Origin: Bacteroidia bacterium
GTDB lineage: Bacteria > Bacteroidota > Bacteroidia > Palsa-965
DNA length: 64,000 nucleotides
Assembly (NCBI GenBank): GCA_044448685.1
Contig: JBIOHC010000012.1
Location: 15,077 to 79,076 of the forward strand
Reading direction: 5' to 3'
The notes beneath the pieces were generated by a model. The model did not search any database. It was not told where the DNA came from and saw only the letters and a list, made by a program, of their open reading frames with translations. Both the position numbers and the translations under genes were made by a program. Positions 49,182 through 58,572 of the stretch are shown here, in pieces; the first letter of the stretch is position 1; every line of letters begins with the position of its first letter.

Positions 49182-50690
49182 ATGCCTTCATTGTTGAACA
49201 TATTTTCGTTTATGACTTTATTTCAGCGTATTCTTTCTTCTCCCTGGTTTAAAGCCTTGCTTTTTATTACGCTTTGCATGGTATTTATTTTCATGCATCT
49301 CACAAGTTTTTCACTCAGACTATGGGATGAAGCACGTCTGGTTAAGAATGCCATAGAGATGAATGAAAGCGGAAATTACATCGTTACCACCTTTGATCAT
49401 CAGCCTGATTTCTGGAGTGCCAAACCCCCGCTCATGATTTGGCTGCAAGTGATATGTTTGAAATTATTCGGAATGTCAGAACTCAGTTTTCGTCTGCCAT
49501 CTGCATTTGCAGCCGTTGCCACCTGCCTGGCTCTGATCTGGTTTGTTGTAAAAACCGATGGTTCGTTTTACAAGGGATTGCTGGCCGTTTTTATCCTTCT
49601 GACTTCAGCCGGATACAATAGCCATCATGGAATACGCACAGGTGATTTTGATTCCCTGCTAACGCTTTTTTCTGTGCTCTATGTGATGTGCTTCTATTTA
49701 TACCTCAGAGATACATCGGGGCGTTATCTGCTTTTCTTCTTTATTTTTTTGACTCTGGCCGTTTTATGCAAAAGTATAGCAGGGGTACTCTTTCTTCCTT
49801 CCCTGTTTTTATTCGCTTTTCTGTTTCACCGTCAGGCCCTTATGCGGATACCTTATTTTTGGCAATCTTATGCAGGCTTCTTCGTTTTTCTCTTGTTCGG
49901 AGCCGGATTCTTTCTGCTCCGGGAACACTATAACCCCGGATATTTGAAAGCGGTAATAGGAAATGATATGATTGGTGCAGTATTGCACAGTCAGAAAGAA
50001 GAGGACGTGGGTTTTTTGTTTTATGTAAAACATTTCTTCGCTTCACGTTACCAGGAATGGATCTATCTGCTTCTTTTCTCCTTTTTTCTTGGCCTGAACC
50101 TGAAAGATAAAAAACAAAAAGAGCCCTTTCTTTTTTTGATCACGCTCGTGCTTCCTGCTCTCTTGTTACTTTCACTGAAACAATTGAAAAAGGAATGGTA
50201 TGACTTACCCCTGTACCCGTTTTTTGCACTCTGCATCTGCTATTTTATCTGGTTTTTGCTCGACCGATTCAATAACAAGGACTTTAAAGAATTGTTCAAG
50301 ACGGAAACGCTGCATATGCAGTTTTGTCTTTGCCTGCTCATCACCGTACCTCCAGGGGTTGCTATGTTTAACAAAGTCTACATCCCTGATTTTGTCAATC
50401 ATGACCACCCAATGTGTGATGAAAGCAATTATATGATATTGGCACTGAGAGGACAGAAAAACATTGCCAATTATAAATATCTGGATAAGGAATACGACCC
50501 CGATAAGTGGTTCTACCGCGAGTTGCTCAAAAAAAAGGGAATACTGGTGTTCCCGGGTGATACCGGTTCCTTGCACACTGGTGATGTGGTTATGGTGAGG
50601 AATCAGGAAATAATAAGAAGGCTGTGCTTACGCTATTCAGTGGTTCCGTTAGATACCTTTCAGACATTATATGTCTATAAAATAAAGTGA
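49182..50690 (+). CDS. ArnT/PMT-like (GT-C, GT39/GT83-type) membrane glycosyltransferase
   Basis: LRLWDEAR, KPPLMIW, FRLPSA, LAVLCKS motifs; about 11 TMs. Start may be 49212. Confidence 0.82.
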   Translation: MPSLLNIFSFMTLFQRILSSPWFKALLFITLCMVFIFMHLTSFSLRLWDEARLVKNAIEMNESGNYIVTTFDHQPDFWSAKPPLMIWLQVICLKLFGMSELSFRLPSAFAAVATCLALIWFVVKTDGSFYKGLLAVFILLTSAGYNSHHGIRTGDFDSLLTLFSVLYVMCFYLYLRDTSGRYLLFFFIFLTLAVLCKSIAGVLFLPSLFLFAFLFHRQALMRIPYFWQSYAGFFVFLLFGAGFFLLREHYNPGYLKAVIGNDMIGAVLHSQKEEDVGFLFYVKHFFASRYQEWIYLLLFSFFLGLNLKDKKQKEPFLFLITLVLPALLLLSLKQLKKEWYDLPLYPFFALCICYFIWFLLDRFNNKDFKELFKTETLHMQFCLCLLITVPPGVAMFNKVYIPDFVNHDHPMCDESNYMILALRGQKNIANYKYLDKEYDPDKWFYRELLKKKGILVFPGDTGSLHTGDVVMVRNQEIIRRLCLRYSVVPLDTFQTLYVYKIK

Positions 50691-50707
50691 CTTTCCCGAA
50701 ATTCAAC

Positions 50708-52765
50708 TCATTTTTTATGCTGCAAAGCCCAGGCCAGATTATTTTTTGCCAGTTCAAAGGAAGGGTTGATTCTTAAGGCTTCCCTGCAGGCAATGATTTC
50801 CTCATCCCAGTTCTGTAACTGACCGTTCGCGGCACCTATATTATTCCAGGCCTGGGCAAAATCTTTTTTCAGTTTAATAGCTTCTTTGGCAGCATTGATA
50901 CAAAGCTTATAATCCTTGTTATTGTAAAATGCCAGACTTAGCTCCAGATAATTCTCCGGAGTCGGAAAATTATTTGCCTTGATAATAAGTTCATCCATTG
51001 CTTTCAGGGAACTGTTCCCTCCGCCCGGATTCTGAAGGAAGGCATTGGCTGTTGCATCACCCGGTGAGAGTTGCAGCGTATTCAGCGCCTCCTGTTTCAG
51101 CTTATCGTTAAACCCTTGTTGCTGATATATTTCCATAAGCAGATAGTGTCCGTTCAGATGTCCGGGTGCAAGCTGGAAAAGCTGTATCAGGTAATCCGTG
51201 GCTTCTGAATAACGGTGTTGGTTTTTCAGGAAACGGGCATAAAAAAAGTAGCATTCCGGATTCCGTGAACCGGTCGTGCCCGCCATTGCCTGATCGAATT
51301 GTAATGCTTTCCGGAAATTAGTCTCAGCTTCCATTGACCGGCCGGTGGCTTCTTTCAAGACTCCCATATTGATATAGAGGTAAGGATAAGCGGGCCACAA
51401 GCTAAGGCCTTGCGTAAAATACTTTTCAGCGCCGGTATAATCCCCTTTCTGCATCAGACTGAGACCAAAGTTCATCTGTGCTCTGCCATTCCGGGGGCTC
51501 TTTTCCGTTACATCCTTCCAGAGTGATTCTTCCGTATGCCATACCCTGTTTCGTTCATGGGTACCGAATGCATAGCACAAGAGCAGGATGCCAGCCCCTG
51601 TTTTCAGAATATCTTTGTTTTCTAACAGTGCGATCTTTCCTGACAGTTTTTCTATCAACAGGTATAATGCCCAGGTAACACTGACGACCAGTCCCACATA
51701 CGGAAAAAACATGCGGTGATCATTCATCACTTCGGCTAATGGGGTGATGCTTGTAGGCAATAAGGCCAGCAGAAACCAGCTCAACCCAAAAGCAATTGGA
51801 GTGTATGTTTTCTTACGCGATAGCATATAAATGGCCCCAATCAACATGCCCAGGAACAGGAACCCGGTTAAACACCGGATATCCAGGATGGACTCCACTG
51901 TTTTCCAGTCTGTATCGGCACTCAGATCAACAGGTAAGAAAAAGGTGCAGAAATACCGGAATATTACAAAAGGTTGTGTCAGGATATAATTCCATGTGTT
52001 GCCTTCCCCACCGGCTACCCATGTAGACGGCTCCATGCGATGTATAAACAGATATACAAGGGCACAGACCAGGAACACAGGCCAGGTTTTAAGGAATGCC
52101 ATTTTTACATGCGAATAAGCAGTTGCGGAATCTTCTTTTCTTTCAAAAAGAAAAACAAATACAAACAGTATAGGGGCAAACATCACAGCTGTAGGTTTGG
52201 CTAAAGCACCGAGGGCTACAGGAATAAGATACAGGAAATACTTTCTTGAACGGGCAGAGCAGGAATACAGGAGGAATGCCAGGACAACAAATAATGTGCT
52301 TAATGTATCGGAACGGGAAATGATATAGTTGATTGTTTCCGCATTTACCGGATGAAGCATATACCATGCACAGGTAAAAAGCGCAGGTGCTGAAAGATCC
52401 TGTCCGGGTAATACAAAACGGTAAATGGCTCTTACAAAATAAAACATGCAAAAGCCCTGTGCCAGGAAGAGGATAAAAGTGCTGAGGTGAAACCAGAATG
52501 TGTCCTTGTCACCTCCCAGGGCATAATCCATGGCCAGGGTAGTGCTTACCAGGGGTCTGTAACTGCGGTTGCTGGGAAGGGAGCTGAATGTGTTTCCATC
52601 TTTAAAAAAGGTCGGGATATTATGAATGTCACGTATATAGCCATTGTTTACAATGGTATGGGAATCGTCAAAATGGAAGGAATTGTGAAAGTGGTTGGAA
52701 TAGGTCAGAAATACGCCCAGAAAGAGGAGAAGAAACTGTAAGGGAAGTTTCCAGTTGGTTTTCAC
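50708..52765 (-). CDS. TMTC-like membrane protein (GT-C domain + C-terminal TPR repeats)
   Basis: GTG start; FHFDD, YRPL, HPVNAETINYIISRS, LLPTS..AEVMNDHRMFFP, RNRVW; several TPRs. Confidence 0.82.
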   Translation of the reverse strand: MKTNWKLPLQFLLLFLGVFLTYSNHFHNSFHFDDSHTIVNNGYIRDIHNIPTFFKDGNTFSSLPSNRSYRPLVSTTLAMDYALGGDKDTFWFHLSTFILFLAQGFCMFYFVRAIYRFVLPGQDLSAPALFTCAWYMLHPVNAETINYIISRSDTLSTLFVVLAFLLYSCSARSRKYFLYLIPVALGALAKPTAVMFAPILFVFVFLFERKEDSATAYSHVKMAFLKTWPVFLVCALVYLFIHRMEPSTWVAGGEGNTWNYILTQPFVIFRYFCTFFLPVDLSADTDWKTVESILDIRCLTGFLFLGMLIGAIYMLSRKKTYTPIAFGLSWFLLALLPTSITPLAEVMNDHRMFFPYVGLVVSVTWALYLLIEKLSGKIALLENKDILKTGAGILLLCYAFGTHERNRVWHTEESLWKDVTEKSPRNGRAQMNFGLSLMQKGDYTGAEKYFTQGLSLWPAYPYLYINMGVLKEATGRSMEAETNFRKALQFDQAMAGTTGSRNPECYFFYARFLKNQHRYSEATDYLIQLFQLAPGHLNGHYLLMEIYQQQGFNDKLKQEALNTLQLSPGDATANAFLQNPGGGNSSLKAMDELIIKANNFPTPENYLELSLAFYNNKDYKLCINAAKEAIKLKKDFAQAWNNIGAANGQLQNWDEEIIACREALRINPSFELAKNNLAWALQHKK

Positions 52766-52769
52766 GGCT

Positions 52770-52823
52770 CAAATTTATTGAAATTTTACTGCTGCGGCTG
52801 CCTCCTTTTTTCCCCTATCTTTG
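52770..52823. promoter_or_regulatory. Divergent -7 boxes: TAAATTTG (- strand, 52770-52777) and TATCTTTG (+ strand, 52816-52823)
   Basis: Both exactly match TAnnTTTG and sit 4 and 9 nt from the respective start codons. Confidence 0.55.
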
Positions 52824-52832
52824 CCTCCCTGT

Positions 52833-53663
52833 ATGGGATTATTCGACAAAAAAGAAGGCAGTGAAAATGAAATGTCGTTCCTCGACCATATCGAGGTATT
52901 GAGATGGCATTTGGTGAGGTCGGCCATTGCTGTTGTAACACTGGCCGTAGTCCTGTTCTGTTACAACAATATTGTTTTCGATGTAATCATTTTCGGACCC
53001 AAGAGGCCTGATTTTATCAGTTACAGAGTGCTGTGCAAGTTGAGCCATATGCTCCTGCACGATGATACGATGTGTATTGGGGTAGCTCATTATGAGCTGG
53101 TTAACCTTGAACTGGCAGGGCAGTTCACCACCCATATATGGATTTCACTGGTAGGGGGTCTTATACTCTCTGTTCCCTATCTGGTATGGGAAATATGGAG
53201 ATTCATTAAACCTGCCCTGAAACTGAAGGAAAAAAAAGCTGCCCGAGGTTTTGTATTCTACGCATCCTTCCTTTTTCTGATCGGCATCCTGTTCAGTTAT
53301 TTTATCATTGTTCCATTAGCGGTAAGCTTCCTGGGATCCTATCAGATGAGTACCCTGGTTGAGAACAGGATTTCCATGGATTCGTATATCTCTCTGGTCA
53401 CTACCCTGACCCTGGCTATGGGCCTGGTATTTGAATTACCCATTCTCGTTTATTTCCTGACCAAGATTGGAATACTTGGACCTGCTTTTTTGGGTCATTA
53501 CCGAAAACATGCCATTGTGGTAATCCTGATTGTAGCTGCATTCATCACTCCATCTCCGGATATTACCTCTCAGTTATTGGTGGCATTTCCCCTTTATCTG
53601 TTGTATGAAATCAGTATTTTGGTAGCTAAAAGAGTTGAACCAAAAGCTAAAAAAGCCGTCTGA
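52833..53663 (+). CDS. tatC: Twin-arginine translocase subunit TatC
   Basis: EMSFLDHIEVLR, WRFIKPAL, FELP, ITPSPD, LYEISI. Start at ATG 52833. Confidence 0.95.
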   Translation: MGLFDKKEGSENEMSFLDHIEVLRWHLVRSAIAVVTLAVVLFCYNNIVFDVIIFGPKRPDFISYRVLCKLSHMLLHDDTMCIGVAHYELVNLELAGQFTTHIWISLVGGLILSVPYLVWEIWRFIKPALKLKEKKAARGFVFYASFLFLIGILFSYFIIVPLAVSFLGSYQMSTLVENRISMDSYISLVTTLTLAMGLVFELPILVYFLTKIGILGPAFLGHYRKHAIVVILIVAAFITPSPDITSQLLVAFPLYLLYEISILVAKRVEPKAKKAV

Positions 53664-54004
53664 TGTCTGAAGCCGTAAATGAATTCAATGCTTACCGGGA
53701 AAAGATGAATGAAAAAATTCTCGGAGCGGATAATATTGTTTTGAAACGTCTTTTCAACCTTGATACCAACACCTATCAGGAAGGGGCATTGCCGGTGAAG
53801 ACTAAAGAGCTGTTAGGGCTTGTTGCTTCGATGGTATTGCGTTGTGATGATTGTATCAGGTACCATTTGGGTAAGTGTAAGGAATGCGGGGTGAGTACTG
53901 CCGAAATTTTTGAAGTGTTTGCCGTTGCCAATATTGTGGGAGGGACGATCGTTATCCCGCATACACGCAGAGCTGTTGAATTCTGGGAGGAATTGCAAAA
54001 ATAA
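53663..54004 (+). CDS. Carboxymuconolactone decarboxylase / AhpD-like protein
   Basis: [22 protein letters not shown] (CxxC). TGATG coupling to tatC. Confidence 0.88.
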   Translation: MSEAVNEFNAYREKMNEKILGADNIVLKRLFNLDTNTYQEGALPVKTKELLGLVASMVLRCDDCIRYHLGKCKECGVSTAEIFEVFAVANIVGGTIVIPHTRRAVEFWEELQK

Positions 54005-54026
54005 ATCCATTTCCTATAAACTTCCT

Positions 54027-54752
54027 ATGCTGCTCAGGGCCGAAAATATTGTTAAGAATTACAGAAACCGGACGGTTGTAAAAGGTGTTTCCTTCCAGGT
54101 TAAACAAGGAGAAATTGTGGGTTTGCTGGGACCAAACGGAGCAGGAAAGACCACTTCTTTTTATATGGTGGTAGGTATGATCAAGCCGAATTCAGGAAGC
54201 ATTTTTCTTGATCAGGAGGATATTACCAATGAACCCATGTACCGGCGTGCACAAAAAGGAATAGGCTATCTGGCACAGGAAGCTTCTGTATTCCGCAAGT
54301 TAAGTGTGGAAGATAATATCAAGGCCATTCTTGAAATGACGAAGCTCAGCCCGGCTGAACAAAAGCAAAAGCTGGAACTCCTGCTGGAGGAGTTTGGCTT
54401 GCAGCATATACGTAAGAGTTTGGGCGACCGCTTATCGGGCGGAGAGCGAAGAAGAACGGAAATAGCCCGTTGTCTGGCCGTTGACCCTAAATTTATCTTG
54501 CTTGATGAACCCTTTGCAGGCGTAGATCCGATTGCGGTGGAAGATATACAGGCTGTAGTAGCCAGGCTGAAAGAAAAGAATATCGGTATCCTTATTACGG
54601 ATCACAATGTTCATGAAACCCTCTCCATAACCGAAAGAGCTTACCTGCTTTTTGAAGGCAGCATTCTGAAGGCCGGAACAGCGGAAGAGCTGGCCAATGA
54701 TGAACAGGTTAGAAAAGTATACCTCGGAAAAAATTTCGAACTCAGGAAATAA
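54027..54752 (+). CDS. lptB: LPS export ABC transporter ATP-binding protein
   Basis: [43 protein letters not shown]. Start at ATG 54027. Confidence 0.96.
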   Translation: MLLRAENIVKNYRNRTVVKGVSFQVKQGEIVGLLGPNGAGKTTSFYMVVGMIKPNSGSIFLDQEDITNEPMYRRAQKGIGYLAQEASVFRKLSVEDNIKAILEMTKLSPAEQKQKLELLLEEFGLQHIRKSLGDRLSGGERRRTEIARCLAVDPKFILLDEPFAGVDPIAVEDIQAVVARLKEKNIGILITDHNVHETLSITERAYLLFEGSILKAGTAEELANDEQVRKVYLGKNFELRK

Positions 54753-54766
54753 GCGCTTTTTCTGCC

Positions 54767-55018
54767 TTAGTTTTCCATGATTTTAAATTCATAGAACTCC
54801 ATAATCTGGTTACACAGGAGTTTCTTGCAGGCTTCATCCACTTTCTTTTTTGCCTCTTCTTTGGAGCCGGCTTCTATTTCCAGACTGATATGCTTTCCAA
54901 TACGGACCTGCTCAATTTCCGGAAGCCCCAGATTTTTCATGCTCCGGGTAACCGCCTTGCCTTGTGGATCCAGCAATGCTTTAAGAGGCATTACATCTAT
55001 TTCAGCCCTGAATTTCAT
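54767..55018 (-). CDS. purS: Phosphoribosylformylglycinamidine synthase subunit PurS
   Basis: LLDPQGKAV, VRIGK, CKKLLCN.IME. Confidence 0.93.
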   Translation of the reverse strand: MKFRAEIDVMPLKALLDPQGKAVTRSMKNLGLPEIEQVRIGKHISLEIEAGSKEEAKKKVDEACKKLLCNQIMEFYEFKIMEN

Positions 55019-55853
55019 TTCTGCTTTTATTTAGAAGATTGTTTATTACTGATAAAACGATGTACAAAAATAGAATAATAGGGATAGCGAGGTAAAGGAA
55101 TATTATCAACAGAGCCAATGAACTCAGTATGAAAATATAACGGAGTTCATTCCCTTTCCATCCGAAGTTCTTGAACTTGAGTGCGAACAAAGGAACTGGG
55201 GCAACCAGTAAAAAACTCTGTAATACAGTGAGTGTGATCAGAAACCATGGTTTCAGTATGTATCCAGAAAGTGAAGAGGAGGGTTCAACGGCATTGATAG
55301 CCAGTTTGAAAATAGACAGTGGAGCAGGTGTGCCAACTACATCGGGAGAAGGCAGGTGGAGGAACAGAGGTATGGAGCAGATCAGTATGGTATTGGCAGG
55401 AGTCGGTAAACCGATAAAAGAATCATGCTGACGTGAATCAATATTGAATTTGGCAAGTCTCAGAGCAGAGAAAATGGTAACCAGGAAGCCGCAGAAAGGA
55501 AGCCAGACAGGGTAGGGGTTATTGGCTTGCATATCACCGTTGAACAGATTACCCAATTCAAGGTGAGAAATAGTATGCTGCAGCATGCTGATGCTGATAA
55601 GCTGGAAAAGCACCACACCGGGAAGAAACCCAAAGCTGACCATATCAGCCAGTGAATCGAGCTGTTTGCCGAATTCTCCGCTTACACCGAGAAGACGAGC
55701 CGCCAGTCCGTCAAAAAAGTCGAGGAATGCCGCCAATCCCACCATATAGGCAGCCCAAATCAGGTTACCCTGAAAAGCAAAGACGATACCCAGACATCCA
55801 CAAAGAAGATTGCCGCAGGTAATGCTGTTCGGTACAAAGGCTTTGAGATTCAC
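55002..55853 (-). CDS. pssA: CDP-alcohol phosphatidyltransferase (phosphatidylserine synthase PssA-like)
   Basis: PNSITCGN, DFFDGLAAR...GKQLDSLADMVSFG, LRLAKFN, FIGLPTPA. Confidence 0.85.
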   Translation of the reverse strand: MNLKAFVPNSITCGNLLCGCLGIVFAFQGNLIWAAYMVGLAAFLDFFDGLAARLLGVSGEFGKQLDSLADMVSFGFLPGVVLFQLISISMLQHTISHLELGNLFNGDMQANNPYPVWLPFCGFLVTIFSALRLAKFNIDSRQHDSFIGLPTPANTILICSIPLFLHLPSPDVVGTPAPLSIFKLAINAVEPSSSLSGYILKPWFLITLTVLQSFLLVAPVPLFALKFKNFGWKGNELRYIFILSSLALLIIFLYLAIPIILFLYIVLSVINNLLNKSRNEIQG

Positions 55854-55887
55854 GGAGCGAATTTAATTAAAAGTAGTTAGTCTTGCC

Positions 55888-55909
55888 AGCCGAAGCTTTA
55901 GCGCAGGCT
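55888..55909. repeat. REP-like palindrome agccgaagctttagcgcaggct
   Basis: agcc/ggct stem enclosing gct-tt-agc; resembles GCCGAAGCTTTAGCGNAGGC-type intergenic repeats as I recall them. Confidence 0.4.
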
Positions 55910-55913
55910 CGAG

Positions 55914-57362
55914 TCAGTAGTTAGGGTTTTCATACAAGCTTATATAGACCAACCCTTGCCTGAATTCCTTTACAAGTTTCCATTTCTTTTTTACTTCTTC
56001 TATTTGTGGCAGCAAATCTGTATTACAAACATTGGAATGGAGGTAGTAATGGAATTTGCTGACAGGGCCGTCAAGGGCGTTCGTATAATGAAGCTCATTA
56101 TCAAAATATGAGATTATATCCGGAACATTCCATTCATGACTCAGATAAGTTTCTGCCCGGGAATTGATCAATGGGAATTGGGTGCCGATTTTATACGGAT
56201 TCATTTCTTTATTTTTCAGACTGGTTGTATAAATAAATTCCCTCATATCTTGTTCCAGCTTAAAGTATGGCATAACCTTGAGACTAGTATCCCATTCATT
56301 ACTGAGTCTTTCAGGGTATATCCAATAGTTGCCGCTTAGGAGGATGGCAGCCATCAATATCACAGAGCCAATCCTCTGGATTGTTTTCCATTGCTGCAAC
56401 AAATAACAAACCGGAAAAATAAGCAATACAAACACGGGCATAAAATACCGGGCACCGATAGGATTGGAGATTGGTATCAATAGGGCAGAAAAGCATAAAA
56501 GAGGCAGTAGTATCATTAGCAGCATACGGGAAAAGAGAGGATCTTTGTTTTTCCGGAAATAGAGAAAACCAAACCCAAGAAAAATCCAAAGAATGATCCT
56601 TCCTGAATCAATAAGTTTCCATACAACAAGCACAATATGCTTTAACATGATCCGTATGGAAACGGAATGTTCGTCTGTTTGTTCTCTTAATGGAGAAAGG
56701 ACATACCAGCCGGATACACGATGGTGATACAAAAACCAGGAAAATGCCAGAAGCGTTACCGGAATATAGGGAAGCAGGGCGTTTACCTTTTTTCTTGTCA
56801 GAGGGTTTGAAAACAAGTAGTCGAGAATAAATAAGGAGGCTATAGCGAATGTCCCTCTTACATTGCAAAAAAACAGAAAAACAAGAAAGAGGGTAAAAAG
56901 CATTCTTCGTTTTTCAAGCATCGCCATAAGTGCCAGCAGAAAAAAAGAAAGCAATATGATATCCGGAGCGGCCAGCACTGCTTGAGTAAGAAAACAAGGT
57001 TCTAGGAATAAAAGTAACAGAGCCCAGGGCAGGATTTTTTCTGTCAGGAACAATTTACCGATACGGTAAAAGGCAAATACAATTGCCCACAAAAAAGGCA
57101 GCAAAGCAATATGGGTAATGATAAGATGAAATTTGAATATCCTCCAGGCTAGCTTCAGCAGCAAAGCATAAAAAGGAAACCCTCCTGTGTCATAAGCCTC
57201 TTGTACATGTAATGGGTTGAACCCGGATTTGCCTTCCTGTGTTGCCGGCAATGCATAATACACTGCATCCCAGAAAAGCGGAATTCCTGAGCTGAACAGG
57301 GTAATCAGGATACAGACCACAAAAGCAAGAAAAAGAGGGAGATTTCGCTTCATAGAAGGCAT
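55914..57362 (-). CDS. Polytopic membrane protein, probable GT-C-type glycosyltransferase
   Basis: FWD motif after the first TM, YDTGGFP, EPCFLTQ, ARYFMP; about 11 TMs and a soluble C-terminal tail. Start may be 57353. Confidence 0.6.
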   Translation of the reverse strand: MPSMKRNLPLFLAFVVCILITLFSSGIPLFWDAVYYALPATQEGKSGFNPLHVQEAYDTGGFPFYALLLKLAWRIFKFHLIITHIALLPFLWAIVFAFYRIGKLFLTEKILPWALLLLFLEPCFLTQAVLAAPDIILLSFFLLALMAMLEKRRMLFTLFLVFLFFCNVRGTFAIASLFILDYLFSNPLTRKKVNALLPYIPVTLLAFSWFLYHHRVSGWYVLSPLREQTDEHSVSIRIMLKHIVLVVWKLIDSGRIILWIFLGFGFLYFRKNKDPLFSRMLLMILLPLLCFSALLIPISNPIGARYFMPVFVLLIFPVCYLLQQWKTIQRIGSVILMAAILLSGNYWIYPERLSNEWDTSLKVMPYFKLEQDMREFIYTTSLKNKEMNPYKIGTQFPLINSRAETYLSHEWNVPDIISYFDNELHYTNALDGPVSKFHYYLHSNVCNTDLLPQIEEVKKKWKLVKEFRQGLVYISLYENPNY

Positions 57363-57480
57363 TGGGGACTAAATTTAAGCTTTTGATCCTGAATTCCTTA
57401 GAAAAGATACTAAAACAGCCTTTTTAACCGTTTGAAGGGGGAACAAATTCATTATTTTTCGTATTTTTATTGTCTGATCT

Positions 57481-58569
57481 ATGCTGAAATCCAACAAATT
57501 ACTTCTTGCCGGTATATTTTGTCTGACCGGTGTCATATCATTGGCCCAAACTTCTGCTCCCAAGTACAGTAACGAATTTTTAAGTGTCGGAGTGGGAGCC
57601 CGTGCCCTGGGTATGTCAAACGCGCAGGTGGCATCTGTTAATGATGTTACTTCGGGTTACTGGAATCCGGCCGGTCTTACCGGTATCAACACTACCTTTT
57701 GTCTCGGTCTGATGCATTCCGAATATTTTGCCGGCATTGCCAAATATGATTATGCGGGCTTCGCCAAACGTATTGATACGGCCAGTGTGTTTTGTGTAAG
57801 CATGATACGTTTCGGGGTGGATAACATCCCCAATACGACTGATCTCATTGATGCCAATGGAAATGTGAACTATGATAAGGTCAGCACCTTCAGTGCTGCT
57901 GATTATGCCTTTCTGTTATCCTATGCCCGCCAGGCTAAGATCAAAGGCCTGAGGTTTGGAGGCAGTGCAAAGATTATACGCCGCGTGGTGGGAGATTTTG
58001 CAGGAGCCTGGGGTTTCGGTTTTGATCTGGGTGCCCAGTATGATTATAAAAAATGGAAGTTCGGTGCCATGTTCCGTGATATCACTTCTACCTTCAATGC
58101 CTGGACGTTTAATCTGAATGATGCTATGAAAGCAACATTCCTTGCTACAGGTAATACCATTCCGACCAATTCTGTTGAGGTAACCTTACCCCGGCTGCTC
58201 CTGGGTGCTGCCCGTAAATATGAATTCAGTAACAAGCGTTTCTCCGTCATGCCCGAAATGGCTCTCGATGTTACATTCGATGGTAAACGGAATGTGCTCA
58301 TACATTCTTCGGCAGCCAGTGTGGATCCGCATTTGGGAATTGAAGCCGGATATAAGAATATGATTTTTCTGAGAGGGGGCATAGGAAATATTCAGACAGA
58401 AACGGATATTTCAGGAACCAAGTTTACCAGCTTTATGCCGAATATTGGTGTAGGTGTTAAATTTAAAGCCTTCACCCTTGATTATGCACTCACGGATATT
58501 GGCGATCAGAGCGTAGCGCTTTATTCCAATATATTTTCGCTTAAACTGGATCTAAACCACCGGAACTAA
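57481..58569 (+). CDS. PorV/PorQ-family outer-membrane beta-barrel (PorV2-like)
   Basis: KYSNEFLSVGVGARALGM, YWNPAGL, SAADYAFLLSYA, GFGFDLG, LDYALTDIG. Confidence 0.85.
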   Translation: MLKSNKLLLAGIFCLTGVISLAQTSAPKYSNEFLSVGVGARALGMSNAQVASVNDVTSGYWNPAGLTGINTTFCLGLMHSEYFAGIAKYDYAGFAKRIDTASVFCVSMIRFGVDNIPNTTDLIDANGNVNYDKVSTFSAADYAFLLSYARQAKIKGLRFGGSAKIIRRVVGDFAGAWGFGFDLGAQYDYKKWKFGAMFRDITSTFNAWTFNLNDAMKATFLATGNTIPTNSVEVTLPRLLLGAARKYEFSNKRFSVMPEMALDVTFDGKRNVLIHSSAASVDPHLGIEAGYKNMIFLRGGIGNIQTETDISGTKFTSFMPNIGVGVKFKAFTLDYALTDIGDQSVALYSNIFSLKLDLNHRN

Positions 58570-58572
58570 TAC

